Positions 1 to 12,822 of a DNA stretch of 64,000 nt are shown here, piece after piece. Numbering within the stretch: position 1 is the first letter of the stretch; the number at the start of each line of letters is the position of its first letter. The notes under the pieces are model-generated. The model saw only the letters and a program-made list of their open reading frames with translations. It did not search any database and was not told the DNA's origin. Where the stretch lies: the NCBI GenBank assembly GCA_951406725.2, contig OX597819.1:31806001-31870000 (forward strand), in the 5' to 3' direction. The DNA is from Octopus vulgaris (lineage: Eukaryota). A program made the translations under genes and the position numbers.

Positions 1-314
1 GGGTTAGGGGTGGGGGGAAGGGTGTCTTTTTTTCTAAACAAATGTAAATAAACCCAATCTGTTTCTTAAACGAGGGACATATTCATACGGCACAGAATGT
101 TTTTGTTTTTTTACCTCAATAGACGTCAGTGATTGGTTGAAATTGCAGAAATTGAAGAAAAAAAACAACAAATATCTTACAAACTGTAGAATTTTCTCAA
201 TAAAGTCAAGAGAAAAAGATGTTTTATAAACACATTCTACCAGTATACGAAGTTTAAAATTTTTTAGTTACCTAGAAATTATGTTAAAAACTGCCGTTCA
301 AACCGAAAAGATCC
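1..314 (+). mobile_element. Partial copy of ~430-460 bp MITE carrying TTAGGG repeats (Merlin-like ends)
   Basis: Ends in TIR AAAACTGCCGTTCAAACCGAAAAGATCC at 314; body matches 44993-45422; cut by the window start. Confidence 0.9.
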
Positions 315-371
315 GTCTTAACTTCACTCTTAAGACAGTAAAATGTTGTTTAATCATCTAATTGTCACCAA

Positions 372-485
372 GAGAGGTCGACTTCGCTTTCCGTCCTTTC
401 GGGATCGATGAAATAGGTGACACTTGAACACTGGGGTCGATGTAATCGATTAGTCCACCCACCACTCCCTTGAAAATTTCAGGTC
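372..485 (+). mobile_element. Old SINE-C fragment (Meta-like domain)
   Basis: gaggtcgacttcgctttccgtcctttcgggatcgat...ctggggtcgatgtaatcga matches SINE-C body. Confidence 0.65.
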
Positions 486-894
486 ATGCCCGTCGCTAAC
501 GGAGTGCACGGGGTGGCACTGAGCCCTCACTTTAGCGTTATTACAAATTAGTGCTCCCCATCACCGAATATTCTGAAGCACCTCCGGGTACCAAAGAATA
601 AAGATACACATACACACACACACAGCCCTCTTTTAGTTAACTTTTATGACAGAAAGGATACTTTTGATCTATTCCTTAGCATGCTGATCGCCATACAGCA
701 ATGGAAAGGAAATAATGATGACAGTGTACCTAGGACTACATTATCTAATGTGCTCTAGTTGTTATTGCATTGTCAACTTTGACCTATGATTAAAAAGTAT
801 TCCAGGCATGACCATCCTGACTTTCATTCAGATATAATGTATCTAGGACTACATTTTTCAATGTGTCCTTCCTTTCATTGTTATTTTTACTCCA

Positions 895-1324
<430 letters not shown>

Positions 1325-1330
<6 letters not shown>

Positions 1331-1693
1331 TAATATAAATTGGACATGGCCGATCGTTGTATTCTTTCTTGCCTTGAGGTTCACAGCCAAACGGCTGGGT
1401 GGATTCGCGTGAAAAATGATACATATGTGCAGACGGGTGCATAGCTTGGAATGCCGTTTGTATTTTTTCCCTAGCCCCCATAGTTACCGAGAAAATCGAT
1501 TAAAACTTTTTCTAATGGAATTTCCTTGTTTGTTCCGCCATTAAAACAACCAGTTGCTCACACGGCCGACATATACCATTTCGCTAGCAACAAGGAGAGT
1601 ACAGGATGACAGTCAGCCAAAACTTTCCCTATCCTGTCTCTCTCTTCTTCTCTCTCACATACACATGCGCAAGCACGCACGCACACACATTTA

Positions 1694-1725
<32 letters not shown>

Positions 1726-2075
1726 TCCATTTCATATATCTTCTTTCAATTTCTGCTCTCTGCAAATAAAAGTTTACGGATACAACTGCTTACAAAATAG
1801 GGATTAATGTATAATTTCTTTCTATGTTCATAATTAAATCAATGTTTTAATGATTAGGCAGAGGTTCAATAGAATAGCTCTCAAACAGACTACATACAAA
1901 TTCCCTCTTCACAACTCCTGAAGCTGTTTTCTAACAAGGGCGGGGGGGAGGCTCCAATCAAAACAGGGGACCCGAAATGATAAGGTTGAGAAATGGTGTT
2001 ATAGATTATGCCTAACCGAAAACGATCACAGCCACATCATCCAAAAAGGCCGGGTGAAACAGGGTTTTGCTGTTA
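1325..2075 (+). mobile_element. Probable non-autonomous Helitron-like element
   Basis: Starts after TA run with ...cacagccaaacggctgggtggatt...; internal (CA)n; ends in GC hairpin-like ggccgggtgaaacagggttttgctgtt resembling the Helitron hairpin plus CTRR end; no TIR or TSD. Confidence 0.4.
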
Positions 2076-2135
<60 letters not shown>

Positions 2136-2303
2136 AATAAAAAAGGGTAAAATTAATTAATTATTAATTAATTTGACCGAGCAGTGTTCGGTATGTAAAA
2201 CGACCATTTACGGTATATTTGAAATATTACTGGCTGCTATTTCCACAAAAGTTCGGTATGTGGTGTAAAGTAAATTATTTTACTTTACCCTATTTTCATA
2301 AAG

Positions 2304-2354
<51 letters not shown>

Positions 2355-2361
2355 GATATAT

Positions 2362-2578
2362 TCTTTTATTCTTTTACGTGTTTCAGTCATTTGACTGCGG
2401 CCATGCTGGAGCACCGCTTTAAAGGGTTTCAATCGAAGAAATCAACTCCAGGACTTATTCTTTGTAAGCCTGGTACTTATTCTATCGGTTACTTTTCGCC
2501 GAACCACTATGTTACGGGGACCTGAACACACCAGCATCAGTTGTAAGCGGTGGTGGTGGGACAAACACTGGCACACAA
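2362..2578 (-). mobile_element. SINE-B 3' half, abutting the mariner insertion
   Basis: tgtttcagtcatttgactgcggccatgctggagcaccgc tail on minus strand. Confidence 0.85.
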
Positions 2579-2582
2579 AATA

Positions 2583-3710
2583 TTAGGTTGTCAAGAAAGT
2601 TCTTGCGGTTTTCAACCTTTAAATTCAGATGCACATATCTCGGCTCAAACAAAACTTTATGAATCGAAATAAACACCATCAGAATCAACACACTTTTGCC
2701 AATGCGAAACAAGTTTATTTATGCCAGTAGCGTAAAAACCCTGCATTCTGGTGACGATGAAGTCGTTGAAGGCGTGTTTCGCATCGTCTTGGTTTTTGAA
2801 GCATTTCTCACACAGGAAGTTGTCGAGATGCTTGAAAAAGTGGTAGTCGGTAGGCAAGAGGTCTGGTGAGTATGGTGGATGAGGCAGAGTTTCGTAGCCC
2901 AATTCGTTCAACTTCTGCAGGGTCAGTTGTGCGTCGTGCGGCCGAGCGTTGTCGTGGAGAAGAATTGGTCCTTTTCTATTGACCAATGCTGCCTGTTGTT
3001 GTCGGAGTTTCTTACGCATTTCATCCATTTGCTGACAGTACTTCTCTGCCGTAATGGTGTCGCCTGGATCCAAAAAGCAATGGTGGATGAGACCGGCCGC
3101 AGACCACCAAACATTCACCATGACCTTCTTTTGGTGCAACTTTGGCTTCGGGAAGTGCCGTGGAGCTTCGTCGGCGAATAACCACTGAGCTGAGCGTCGC
3201 CGGTTGTCGTAAAGAATCCACTTTTCATCGCATGTCACAATCCGGTCGGGAAACTGGTCGTTCTTGTTGCGTAAAAGAATGGAAGACAACATTTCAAAAC
3301 GGTGTTTTTTTTTGTTTTTTTTTGGTTGTCGTTCAATTCGTGCGGCACCCATTCCTCAAGTATTTTTGTTTTTTCCAATCTCTTTCAAGTAGTTGCAAAT
3401 TATCGTATGCATTACGTCTAATTCAGAAGCAAGCTCTCGAACAGTTGTGCGTGGATTGGCTTCCACTAAGGCTCTTAGTTGATCGTTGTCAACATCCGAT
3501 GGCCGACCATTACGCTTATCATTTTCAAGAATTTCGTCACCGCTACGAAATTTCTTGAACTACCATTGTACTGTACGTTCATTAGTGGTTCCTGGACCAA
3601 AAGTATCGTTGATATTGCGAGCTGTTTCAGCAGCTTTTCGGCCCAGCTTGAACTGGAATAAGAAAATTGTGTGAATTTGCTTTTTGTTCATGTTGCATTC
3701 AACGTTCCGG
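2583..3710 (-). mobile_element. Mariner (DD34D, Hsmar1/cecropia-like) transposon, 5'-truncated and frameshifted
   Basis: TA + TIR TTAGGTTGTCAAGAAAGTTCTTGCGGTTTT at 2583; transposase motifs [23 protein letters not shown]; N-terminal HTH (FQFKLGRKAAETARNIN) near 3560-3690. Confidence 0.95.
2657..3691 (-). pseudogene. Mariner transposase pseudogene
   Basis: Catalytic domain open in ORF 2657..3352; N-terminus in ORF 3560..3748 ends in a stop; poly-T run at ~3305-3322 disrupts the WVPHEL region. Confidence 0.93.
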
Positions 3711-4694
3711 AAAAAAATGGAAAAAATTATTCTGGTTTTCTCTCTCACCCTTCCCTATTGTTTTCCTCTCCCCTTCACCGTTTCCTCTCTCCTCCTCCTC
3801 CTCCTCCTCCTCCACTCTATCGTCACTGACACGTGATCAGAGGGAAGCCATCTTTCCAACTGCTATATTCACCGAGACAAGACGGCTTATCCTGTCCCTC
3901 TCATAATCTGTCTCCTTAATGCGTTCACAATAATTTTTCCATCGTCTTGACTTAACAGCCCTCATCGTTTGCTTTTACTGTGTTATTCTCTTTGTCCTGT
4001 CTTTTACTGTTTTTACTTGTATTGTTTTTACTGTCTTGTTTTGTTCTTACTGTCCTGTTCATGTTACCACTTTTACCCCTCTGCAAAAAATCCCAAATTT
4101 TATTTAATTTGCTTTGCGGGAAGGACTGTTTCAACGAACTCGCGTCTTGTCCTTACTTCCATAACGCTGAGTAGACGAAACAGGGACAACTGAAGAAGGG
4201 GAATATTCCTTGTGTTGTATGTCTTGTACTCTGTTTTTTCGTTGTTTGAGAAAAAGTTCGTTTCCATGTTTTTGTTTTTATGTTTTCGTTTCTCATTGTG
4301 TTCAACGTTTTTCTATGTCCTGTACCCATATATGCATATATACATACATATATATATACATATAGATGTAGGTATATACATATATGTATGTATATATGCA
4401 TATATTTATATATTATTTATATTATATATATATATATATCTGTAAATGTAATATGTGACAATTATTCGGTAGCCATGATAAAACTCCGAGTTTCGGGTGT
4501 CATATATATGGGAAAAAATAAGTTCAAAAGAGAACAATTCAAACAGAACAGCCAGAGCAAGTAATAAAAATATGAAAAGAGTAGTTGAAAAATATCGTTA
4601 TAGGTATAAATGTACTATAAACAATTATAGAAAAATGGAGGAGGAGAAAAAGATGTTGAATCAAAATTAGATTTAATACAAAATAGGATTCAAT

Positions 4695-4792
4695 ACATAC
4701 GCGCGTTTCAAAGGACAATGCAAATAGGTAAGAAAAAAATTATAACCATAGTAATTATAATTAAATATATGCAGTGTCATTTTCATCAGTGT
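4695..4792 (-). ncRNA. Type I hammerhead ribozyme motif with long helix II
   Basis: Minus strand: ACA-CTGATGA-AAATGACACTGCA...TGCATTGTCCTTT-GAAA-CGCGC-GTA-TGT; palindromic helix III ACGCGCGT. Confidence 0.75.
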
Positions 4793-5176
4793 GAGGAATT
4801 TTTGTAAGGACATCAAAAAAGGCTTGATAAAATAAGGTAAATTAAAATAAGATACAATAAAGGAGAATACAAATGGGGTAATAGGGGAAAAAATCCGATA
4901 TATATATATATATATATACCCCTTTAAGACAATTATACGTATATATATATATCTGAGCGAGGTATAAATAATAAATCTCTAAGCTAGGTATAAACAGTAG
5001 CTACACGACAACGTGAAGTATATTTGCCACCTAAATGTGGCTAACCCTTAAGGGTTGATGCTCCAGCTGGCTATTGACACACTTTCTGTATTTGCAAAGG
5101 GAAGTCATCTTTCCCATCTCCAGCCTGACATAATACACACGGACCCGAGTTTCTGGGTAATGACCCGTCATCAACG

Positions 5177-5239
<63 letters not shown>

Positions 5240-5254
5240 ATATATATCCCCATA

Positions 5255-5415
5255 GGACAATTACCCCTGACGACAACTATCCCCTAGGATAAGTACCCCC
5301 TGTTTAATTACCCACTCTTCAATATATTAAGAAGTTTTACATCATCATCTGTTGTTCTCAGGGCTAATTGTTCTTGGGAGATGGTAGTGGTTATTGTCCA
5401 TGGGGGTAAATGTCC
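5255..5415. mobile_element. Small MITE-like remnant
   Basis: Imperfect inverted ends GGACAATTACCCCT / GGGGGTAAATGTCC with internal repeats of the same motif; no TSD seen. Confidence 0.4.
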
Positions 5416-5421
5416 GAGACT

Positions 5422-5467
<46 letters not shown>

Positions 5468-5502
5468 TACACACACACACACACATACACATATATATAT
5501 TT

Positions 5503-5650
5503 GCGACAGGCTTCTTTCAGTTTCCCTCTAACAAATCCACTTACAAGTCTTTGTCGGCCTAAGGCTATTGTAGAAGACACTCGCTTAAGGTGCCACGCAA
5601 TGGGACAGAACTCAGAACCATGTGGTTGGGAACCAAACCTCTTTCAAATT
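5503..5650 (-). mobile_element. SINE-B 5' half
   Basis: ggcttctttcagtttcc...aaatccact...gtagaagacact...gaaccatgtggttgg. Confidence 0.8.
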
Positions 5651-6022
5651 TTGGCACAACGTCAGGAGTTGTTTGCTTTTTTTTTCTCAAGGAAGGGGGC
5701 TTCGGTGGAGTTTGAACTCAGGACGTAATGACGCTCAAAATGCCGATAAACAAAATGCTCCAGAGCAAAATGCCGCCAAGCATTTTCTCCGGCCTGCTCA
5801 CGGTTCTGCCAGCTCACCTTATCTCCTTCATCTCCAGAGAATGGAACACTCTGACATATACAAATAAAGTAGAACATATTTATGGCCTAGAAGATGGAAT
5901 ATATATGCTTTAACCCCTTTGTTACCATTGGTATCCAAAAGAACTAGTTTTTGCCGTTGCAAAGACCTACTAGAAATGTGACATGTAGGCTTTACTGCCG
6001 TGTCCCGGGTTGGAACCCGGGC

Positions 6023-6096
<74 letters not shown>

Positions 6097-6242
6097 ATCT
6101 TCAGGAGGAGTTACCTCAATCCTTTCTATATTAACCAAAATGAAGTAGATTGACAAATTTATTTTTTGAACCAGTTGAAGACACACAAGATGTCGAAATA
6201 TCATTCACTAGATAACAATGGCACTCTTCTTTTAATTTTGAC

Positions 6243-6301
<59 letters not shown>

Positions 6302-6328
6302 GATGATGATGATGATGATGATGATGAT
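6023..6328. repeat. (AAT)n / (GAT)n microsatellites
   Basis: Directly visible; source of the poly-Ile ORFs. Confidence 0.95.
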
Positions 6329-6439
6329 AGATGCATGTGCCTGGTATACCTTTAGCAGACGAGTTGTCATGATGGGTATATTGAGCTTCGTATAATTGTA
6401 CCCCAGTCTCATTTTGATGGCAGGTGTTGCTCTCTCACT

Positions 6440-6663
6440 CAACACACCAGCATAGGGGGATAAACACAGACACAAACACGCACATATATATACGTATATA
6501 CGATGAGCTTCTTTCAGTTTCCGTCTACCAAATCCACTCACAAGGCTTTGGTTGGCCCGAGGCTATAGTAGAAGACACTTGCCCAAGGTGCCACACAGTG
6601 GGACTGAACCCGGAACCATGTGGTTGGTAAACAAGCTACTTACCACACAGCCACTCCTGCGCC
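6440..6663 (-). mobile_element. SINE-B partial copy
   Basis: Head ggcgcaggagtggctgtgtggtaagtagc on minus strand, CORE-like ccttgggcaagtgtc. Confidence 0.85.
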
Positions 6664-6789
6664 ATTACATAAAATATTTTAAAAGTTATTACATAGATGA
6701 ATATGATCCAACTGCAGCAGTATACCGGCACTTCATCAGGTAGGTTGCTTTGAATGCACAACTGGATCACGTTCTGCTGGTACCACTGC

Positions 6790-6974
6790 ACAAAAGAAAA
6801 TACAGGAGGATCAGTTAATTATGATTTTATTCAACATATCACTCTCTTAGATTTACACACTTATTGCAGCAGTCCTTCAGTTTTCAAAGCCCTGGAAAGG
6901 AACTCGGAAGGTTGAGCCTCCAGTAAGGGCTTTCGTGAAATTCTCAAAGCTAGGAACTTTTCAGTACCCTCTCG
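6790..6974 (-). mobile_element. Short mariner-derived MITE remnant
   Basis: Minus strand starts TA-CGAGAGGGTACTGAAAAGTTCCT (mariner-type TIR) and contains aagtgtgtaaatctaagagagtgatatgttgaataa, resembling a transposase C-terminus (KCV...YVE*). Confidence 0.55.
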
Positions 6975-6991
6975 TATATATTTATATACGT

Positions 6992-7029
<38 letters not shown>

Positions 7030-7120
7030 GTGTGTGTGTATATACATACATATATACGTGTGTGTGTGTATATATATATACATGCATATATACGTGTGTG
7101 TGTATATATATATATGTATG

Positions 7121-7182
<62 letters not shown>

Positions 7183-7186
<4 letters not shown>

Positions 7187-7316
7187 TAATCCAAACAAGA
7201 AAACAAAAAAGACAACAACGCGAGGATGTGGAACAATTAAAGTATTATTAGGCGCTCAGGAAAAAAGGGAAGAAGAAGGGTATGACGTTTCGAGCGGAGC
7301 TCTTCGTCGGAAACAT
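7183..7316 (-). mobile_element. Penelope-like 3' tail fragment with minimal HHR motif
   Basis: Minus strand CCGACGA-A-GAGC-TCC-GCTC-GAAACGTC; same subfamily as 30886 and 34300. Confidence 0.7.
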
Positions 7317-7399
7317 AATATATATATATATAAATTCAGGGTGAATACTTGATAAATGTAATTCATAATGTGATACAAGTCTTTGGTGTAGCAATTGCA

Positions 7400-7481
7400 T
7401 GCGGCTGAAGAGGGCTTTTGAAATATCTGTTATGTCGATTATGCATTGATGTAAGAATAAGCTCGAAACATATGTACCGCA
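7400..7481 (+). ncRNA. Canonical type I hammerhead ribozyme
   Basis: TGCGG-CTGAAGA-GGGCTT...AAGCTC-GAAA-CATAT-GTA-CCGCA: 5-bp helix I, 6-bp helix II, palindromic helix III ACATATGT, GUA cleavage triplet. Confidence 0.85.
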
Positions 7482-7551
7482 ACATCCTTTGTGTCCTGTT
7501 TTTTCATTTTATTTCATTTGATATATATATATATACATGAGCACTCACACA

Positions 7552-7602
<51 letters not shown>

Positions 7603-7929
7603 CACAACAGGGACAAATTTTGGTTTACTGACTACACCAGCATCAACCAAATGTTTTACTGATGAATAGAGTTATTACATCATGCCTAAGAAACCCCGTT
7701 CAATATATATATATCAGGTGAATATATACGAATTCAACATTTTCAGAGAACATTCCAAGAATCAACATTCTGTGCCACTTCATGATTCCTGATTGCTGGT
7801 TCCTGGCTAGCTTCAGCCATTCTAATAGTAGCACATAAATACATATATTGTGCTTATTAAATAATATTTATCTCTCATCAGATGGAGTACTTTTTTGTTA
7901 ATCTTATCATCAAGGAGGAGTACATTACA

Positions 7930-7974
<45 letters not shown>

Positions 7975-8373
7975 GTATGTTCGTTTCTCATTGTGTTCTA
8001 CGTCCCTTTGGTGTCCTGTACTCATATATGCGTGTATATGTACATGTAGAGGTAGGTACGTACATATATGTTTATATATATGCATATGTTTTATTTCATT
8101 TATTAATATATTATATATATATATATATATAGATAGATATTCATACATTCATATAGTTGTGTGTGTGTGTGTGTATATATATATATACTCGAAATGCGGA
8201 GTAGATAAAACAGGGGACAACTGACGAAGAGAATGTTCTTTATGTTGCCTGTCTTGTTTCTCTATTTGTTTCTTTCATTGTTCGAAAAAAAGTTCGTTTT
8301 CCATGTTTTTATTTTTTATGTTCTCGTTTCTCATTTTGCTCAAGTTTTTATTTTTGATGTCCTGTACCCATAT

Positions 8374-8435
<62 letters not shown>

Positions 8436-8460
8436 GCAGGTATTACATATATGTATGCAT

Positions 8461-8781
8461 AACTGGTACTTATTTAATCGATCCCGAAAGGATGAAACGT
8501 AAAGTCGATCGGCGGAATTTGAACTCAGAACCTTGCGGCAGATGAAATACCTATTTCTTTACTACACACAAGGGGCTAAACACAGAGAGGACAAACAAGG
8601 ACAGACAAACGGATTAAGTCGATTATATCGACCCCAGTGCGAAACTGGTACTTATTTAACCGACTCCGAAAGGATGAAACGTAAAGTCGACCTCGGTGGA
8701 ATTTGAACTCAGAACGTAACGGCAGACGAAATACGGCTACGCATTTCGCCCGGCGTGCTAACGTTTTTGCCGGGCGAGCTT
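8461..8781 (-). mobile_element. SINE-C tandem dimer
   Basis: Two Meta-like bodies joined at gaaatac|ctatttc (8544-8557). Confidence 0.9.
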
Positions 8782-8819
8782 CTTGCCACACAGACACGCT
8801 TGTGCCTACACACGCATAC

Positions 8820-8866
<47 letters not shown>

Positions 8867-9656
8867 TGTACGCGTGCATACATAACCACCATGTACAGAA
8901 AGACATGCTGACTCTCGGCTGGAACGCTGAGGAGGCGCTGTGAGGATCAGATGAAAAACTCGTCGAAGATGTGCAAGATTACTCGCTTATGTACCCAGTA
9001 AAGATATTGCATCACTTGGTGTTGGCTACTTCAGGGATAGGCTTGTGTGCTGGAGATGGGGGCCAACAACCAGTAAGCAACAAGAGGCAGGCGAGATGCG
9101 ACCATGGTTGTCATCGTTATTGCATATCTATGCCCTTCCTACAATAAATTTCGTGTTTTCGGAAAAGCTGTGATGTGTCATCAAAGACCCCCATCACTAA
9201 GGAAGTGGGTGTCGGTTTCACATTACGATGATCAAGCAGGATTTGTGCGTGCGTGCGTGTGTGTGTATTTGTGTATGTGTATGCGTGTGCACAAAAGTAT
9301 GTAGTGTAGTACATGCACATGCACACACACACACATACGCACACATAACACACACGCACTCACACACACAAACGCACACTAAAGCATATAGACATTCAAA
9401 ACTCCATGACAAAAGCAAAATACACCATGTTTATAGTGGCACGTTAACCATACATGCTCACATACACATAGATGTTCATCCCTCTACACACACACACACA
9501 CGCGCGTAGACATACGCACACACACACACACCACATCACACCACACCATTCACACACATGGCTGTGTGGTTAACAAGCTCGCTTTTCAGCCACGCAGTTT
9601 GGTTTCAGTTCCACTGCACGACACCTTGAGTAAATGTTTCTTACCATAGTTCTTGT

Positions 9657-9903
9657 GGAGGCGCGTGACTTAATGGTTAGGGGTGTTCAACTCATGATCG
9701 TATGGTTGCGGTTTCGATTCCTGGACCGGGCAACGCGTTGTGTTCTTGAGCAAAACACTTCATTTCACGTTGCTCCAGTCCACTCAGCTGCCAAAAATAA
9801 GTAATCTTGCGACAAAACCGGCGTCCCGTCCAGGTGAGGAATTTCCACGCCACTGAAACCGGGAAACCGGCCCTTATGAGCCTGGCATGGCTCGAGAAGG
9901 AAC
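9657..9903 (+). mobile_element. SINE-D (tRNA head, V-like domain)
   Basis: A box/B box head ggaggcgcgtgacttaatggttaggg...ggtttcgattcc; ...ccggcgtcccgtccagg...gaaaccgggaaaccggccc. Confidence 0.85.
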
Positions 9904-9914
9904 TATAGCTCTTG

Positions 9915-10100
9915 GTTGACCAATGCCTTGCGAATAAATTTAATCCAGACATGTTTATTTTTTCCCTCCATGTTTTTTCTCTCTCCATCTGTTTTCTCTC
10001 CTCATTCCTTTCTGAAGAAGGGCGTAGGCTCGAAATGCCAAAGTCTTCTTTCATTTTACCTGAGTTTCTTGTTACCTCACCTGTCTCTGTCTTTTGTTTC
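9915..10100 (+). mobile_element. Penelope-like 3' tail fragment with minimal HHR motif
   Basis: CTTT-CTGAAGA-A-GGGC-GTAG-GCTC-GAAAT-GCC-AAAG at 10008-10043. Confidence 0.7.
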
Positions 10101-10700
10101 TTGTGTGCGTGTGTGTGTGTGTATGTGTGTGTGTGTGTGCATGTGTGTGTATATATATATATGTGTGTGTGCGTCTGTCTGTGTGTTGATATATTTATAT
10201 TTGCGTGTGTGTGTGTATGTAAATGTATGTGCATGTGCGTATCTATCTATCTACCACACACACACACATATATATGAACATGCATACACGCAATCCTTCA
10301 TACTTACATATGCATACATACTCATACAAATGCGCATACGCAGACACATGTATATACGTGCACATACACATACCCATACTAGCAACATACGAACACACAC
10401 GCACATGCACATACATATACAGGAACATACACGCTGACATACATACAAACAAACAGACGTGCACATACATACACATACATATGCAAACACAAGCATACGC
10501 ATGCTTACCTACACACACACGCGCGCGCACACACACACACATACATACATCTGTCCTGTTTTTCTTTCTCTCCTTTGTCTAGACACCATTTTTCTTTCTT
10601 TCACTGTCTTTTCCAATTGTTATATATTTTTTTATATTTTTACATTCTTTTACCTAACCTTTCTCTCTTTTTCTCTCTCTTTCTCTTGCACACATTCCCT

Positions 10701-10740
<40 letters not shown>

Positions 10741-10987
10741 TCTTCTTTCCTCTGTCTATCTCATTTAATTTCCTCCATTTTTTTAATTTCTTCCTATTTA
10801 CGTTTATTCTTTCTCTTGTCTGTTCATCTTTGTTTCTCATTTATATCATCTTCACCTTATATAATAACATACTCACACACACACGCCTGTATGGTCTCAT
10901 ACACTCATATACACACACACATACATACATCCATACACACATGCATACACATACTCATATACATACATACATATATATGTATACCCC

Positions 10988-11027
<40 letters not shown>

Positions 11028-11272
11028 GCATATATACAAACATATGTAAAGATAGATATATATGTAGTTTGTACTAGCAGGCTACCCGGCATTTTCTCTG
11101 GAAGTTGATGACAGTTGTTAGCCCATCACTTGCAAAAGAATTAAGGTAATTCTGAATAAATGCATTATTTTTAAATACAACGCATATACTTCTTATAACA
11201 GAAATACACACACGTGCGCGCACGCTCGCGCGTGTAAATATAATTACGTGTATATTCTTGTAACAGAGGGGA

Positions 11273-11654
11273 GGAAGCACTCCGTCGGTTACGACGACGA
11301 GGGTTCCGGTTGATCCGAATCAACGGAACAGCCTGCTCTTGAAATTAACGTGTAAGTGACTGAGCACTCCACAGACACGTGTACCCTTAACGTAGTTCTC
11401 GGGAATATTCAGCGTGACACAGAGAGTGACAAGGCCGGCCCTTTGAAATACAGGTACAACAGAAACAGGAGGTAAGAGTGAGAGAAAGTTGTGGTGAAAG
11501 AGTACAGCAGGGATCACCACCATTCCTTGCGGGAGCCTCGTGGAGCTTTAGGTGTTTTCGCTCAATAAACACTCACAACGCCCGGTCTGGGAATCGAAAC
11601 CGCGATCCTATGACCGCGAGTCCGCTGCCCTAACCACTGGGCCATTGCGCCTCC
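11273..11654 (-). mobile_element. SINE-A, full length (~382 bp)
   Basis: tRNA-like head ggaggcgcaatggcccagtggttaggg, 3' hairpin cgtcg-taac-cgacg; TSD cttgtaa(c/t)agag at 11257 and 11657. Confidence 0.95.
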
Positions 11655-11894
11655 ACCTTGTAATAGAGACACTCAGTTAAAAGAGCCATTGGTTCTGGAA
11701 GTGGCTTATGACAAACAGCGCTTTGACATTATTATTGCTCTCGCTTCCAACACACGATCAATCAGCATATAGTTATCCGCTAGAAAATCAGGACTTTTCT
11801 AACTATCAATTGTCTTAGATCGCTGTCCTTGGGATCTCTTGATGCATTATTGCAAAGCGAATTTGGAGCTTCTTGAACTGGAATGTTATATCCT

Positions 11895-12464
11895 CTTCTA
11901 CTATAGGTGCAAGGCCTGAGATTTTAAGAGAGTGGGTTAGTTGATTACATCAACCCCAGTGCTCAACTAGTACATATTCCATTAATCCTGAAAGGATAAA
12001 AGGCGGAGTCGACTTCGGTAGAATTTGAACTCAGAACGTAAAGATGGACGAAACACCACTAAGCATTTTGCCCGGCGTGCTAACGATTCTTATTTCTTTA
12101 TTGCCCACAAGGAGCTGAACATAGAGGGGACAAACAAGGACAGACAAAGGGATTAAGCTGATTACATCGACCCCAGTGCGTCACTGGTACTTATTTAATC
12201 GACCCCGAAAGAATGAAAGGCAAAGTCGACCTCAGCGGAATTTGAACTCAGAACGTAATGGCAAACGAAATACCTATTTCTTTTTTACCCACAAGGGGCT
12301 AAACACAGAGGGGACAAACAAGGACAGACATAGGTATTAAGTCGATTACATCGACCCCAGTGCGTAACTGGTACTTAATTTATCGACCCCGAAAGAATGA
12401 AAGGCAAAGTCGACCTCGGCGGAATTTGAACTCACAACGTAACGCAGACAAAATATCGCTAAGC
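11895..12464 (-). mobile_element. SINE-C tandem trimer
   Basis: Three bodies; junctions at ~12084-12097 and ~12267-12280. Confidence 0.9.
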
Positions 12465-12822
12465 AGTACTGCAACATCAATAATATGGGACGTGAGCTTT
12501 TAAATAGCTTGCCTTGTTCCATGCAGAGTCATGGTGGATCCAGTCTACAAAGGAGCATGGTGGGGGTGGGGTGGGTGTTCCTATTTTAAAACAGATACTG
12601 TGATGGAATTTCATGTTTGAGAAAATGTGAAAGTTTTAGTAAATTTAGAAACTCAGTTGGATCATTGAAACCCTGATTAGATCAGGAAGTATGTCAATTG
12701 ACTTACAACTGCAGTCCTTATCTACGAGTAGCTATTGCAAAAGCTGTCTACTTATGACGTTGAGAGCAATGTTCGATAGGAGCTGATGTTGTTCCTTCAC
12801 ACAATCACCTGCAATTCAAGTA

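Noticed and set aside
1-20. True telomere at the window start
   Set aside because: The GGGTTAGGG belongs to the internal tract of the MITE seen three more times
7655-7705. HHR-like CTGATGA-ATAG...CTAA-GAAACCCCGTT
   Set aside because: Helix I does not pair and helix II closes with A-A
8947-9010. MADF-like peptide SDEKLVEDVQDYSLMY
   Set aside because: Too short, with stops nearby; needs an HMM search before any claim
11073-11100. Helitron-like 3' end (gccgggtagcctgctagt on minus strand)
   Set aside because: Only the terminal motif is visible; no body or 5' end could be defined
11570-11654. tRNA genes at SINE heads
   Set aside because: A and B boxes are present but continue into SINE bodies with TSDs; no complete cloverleaf
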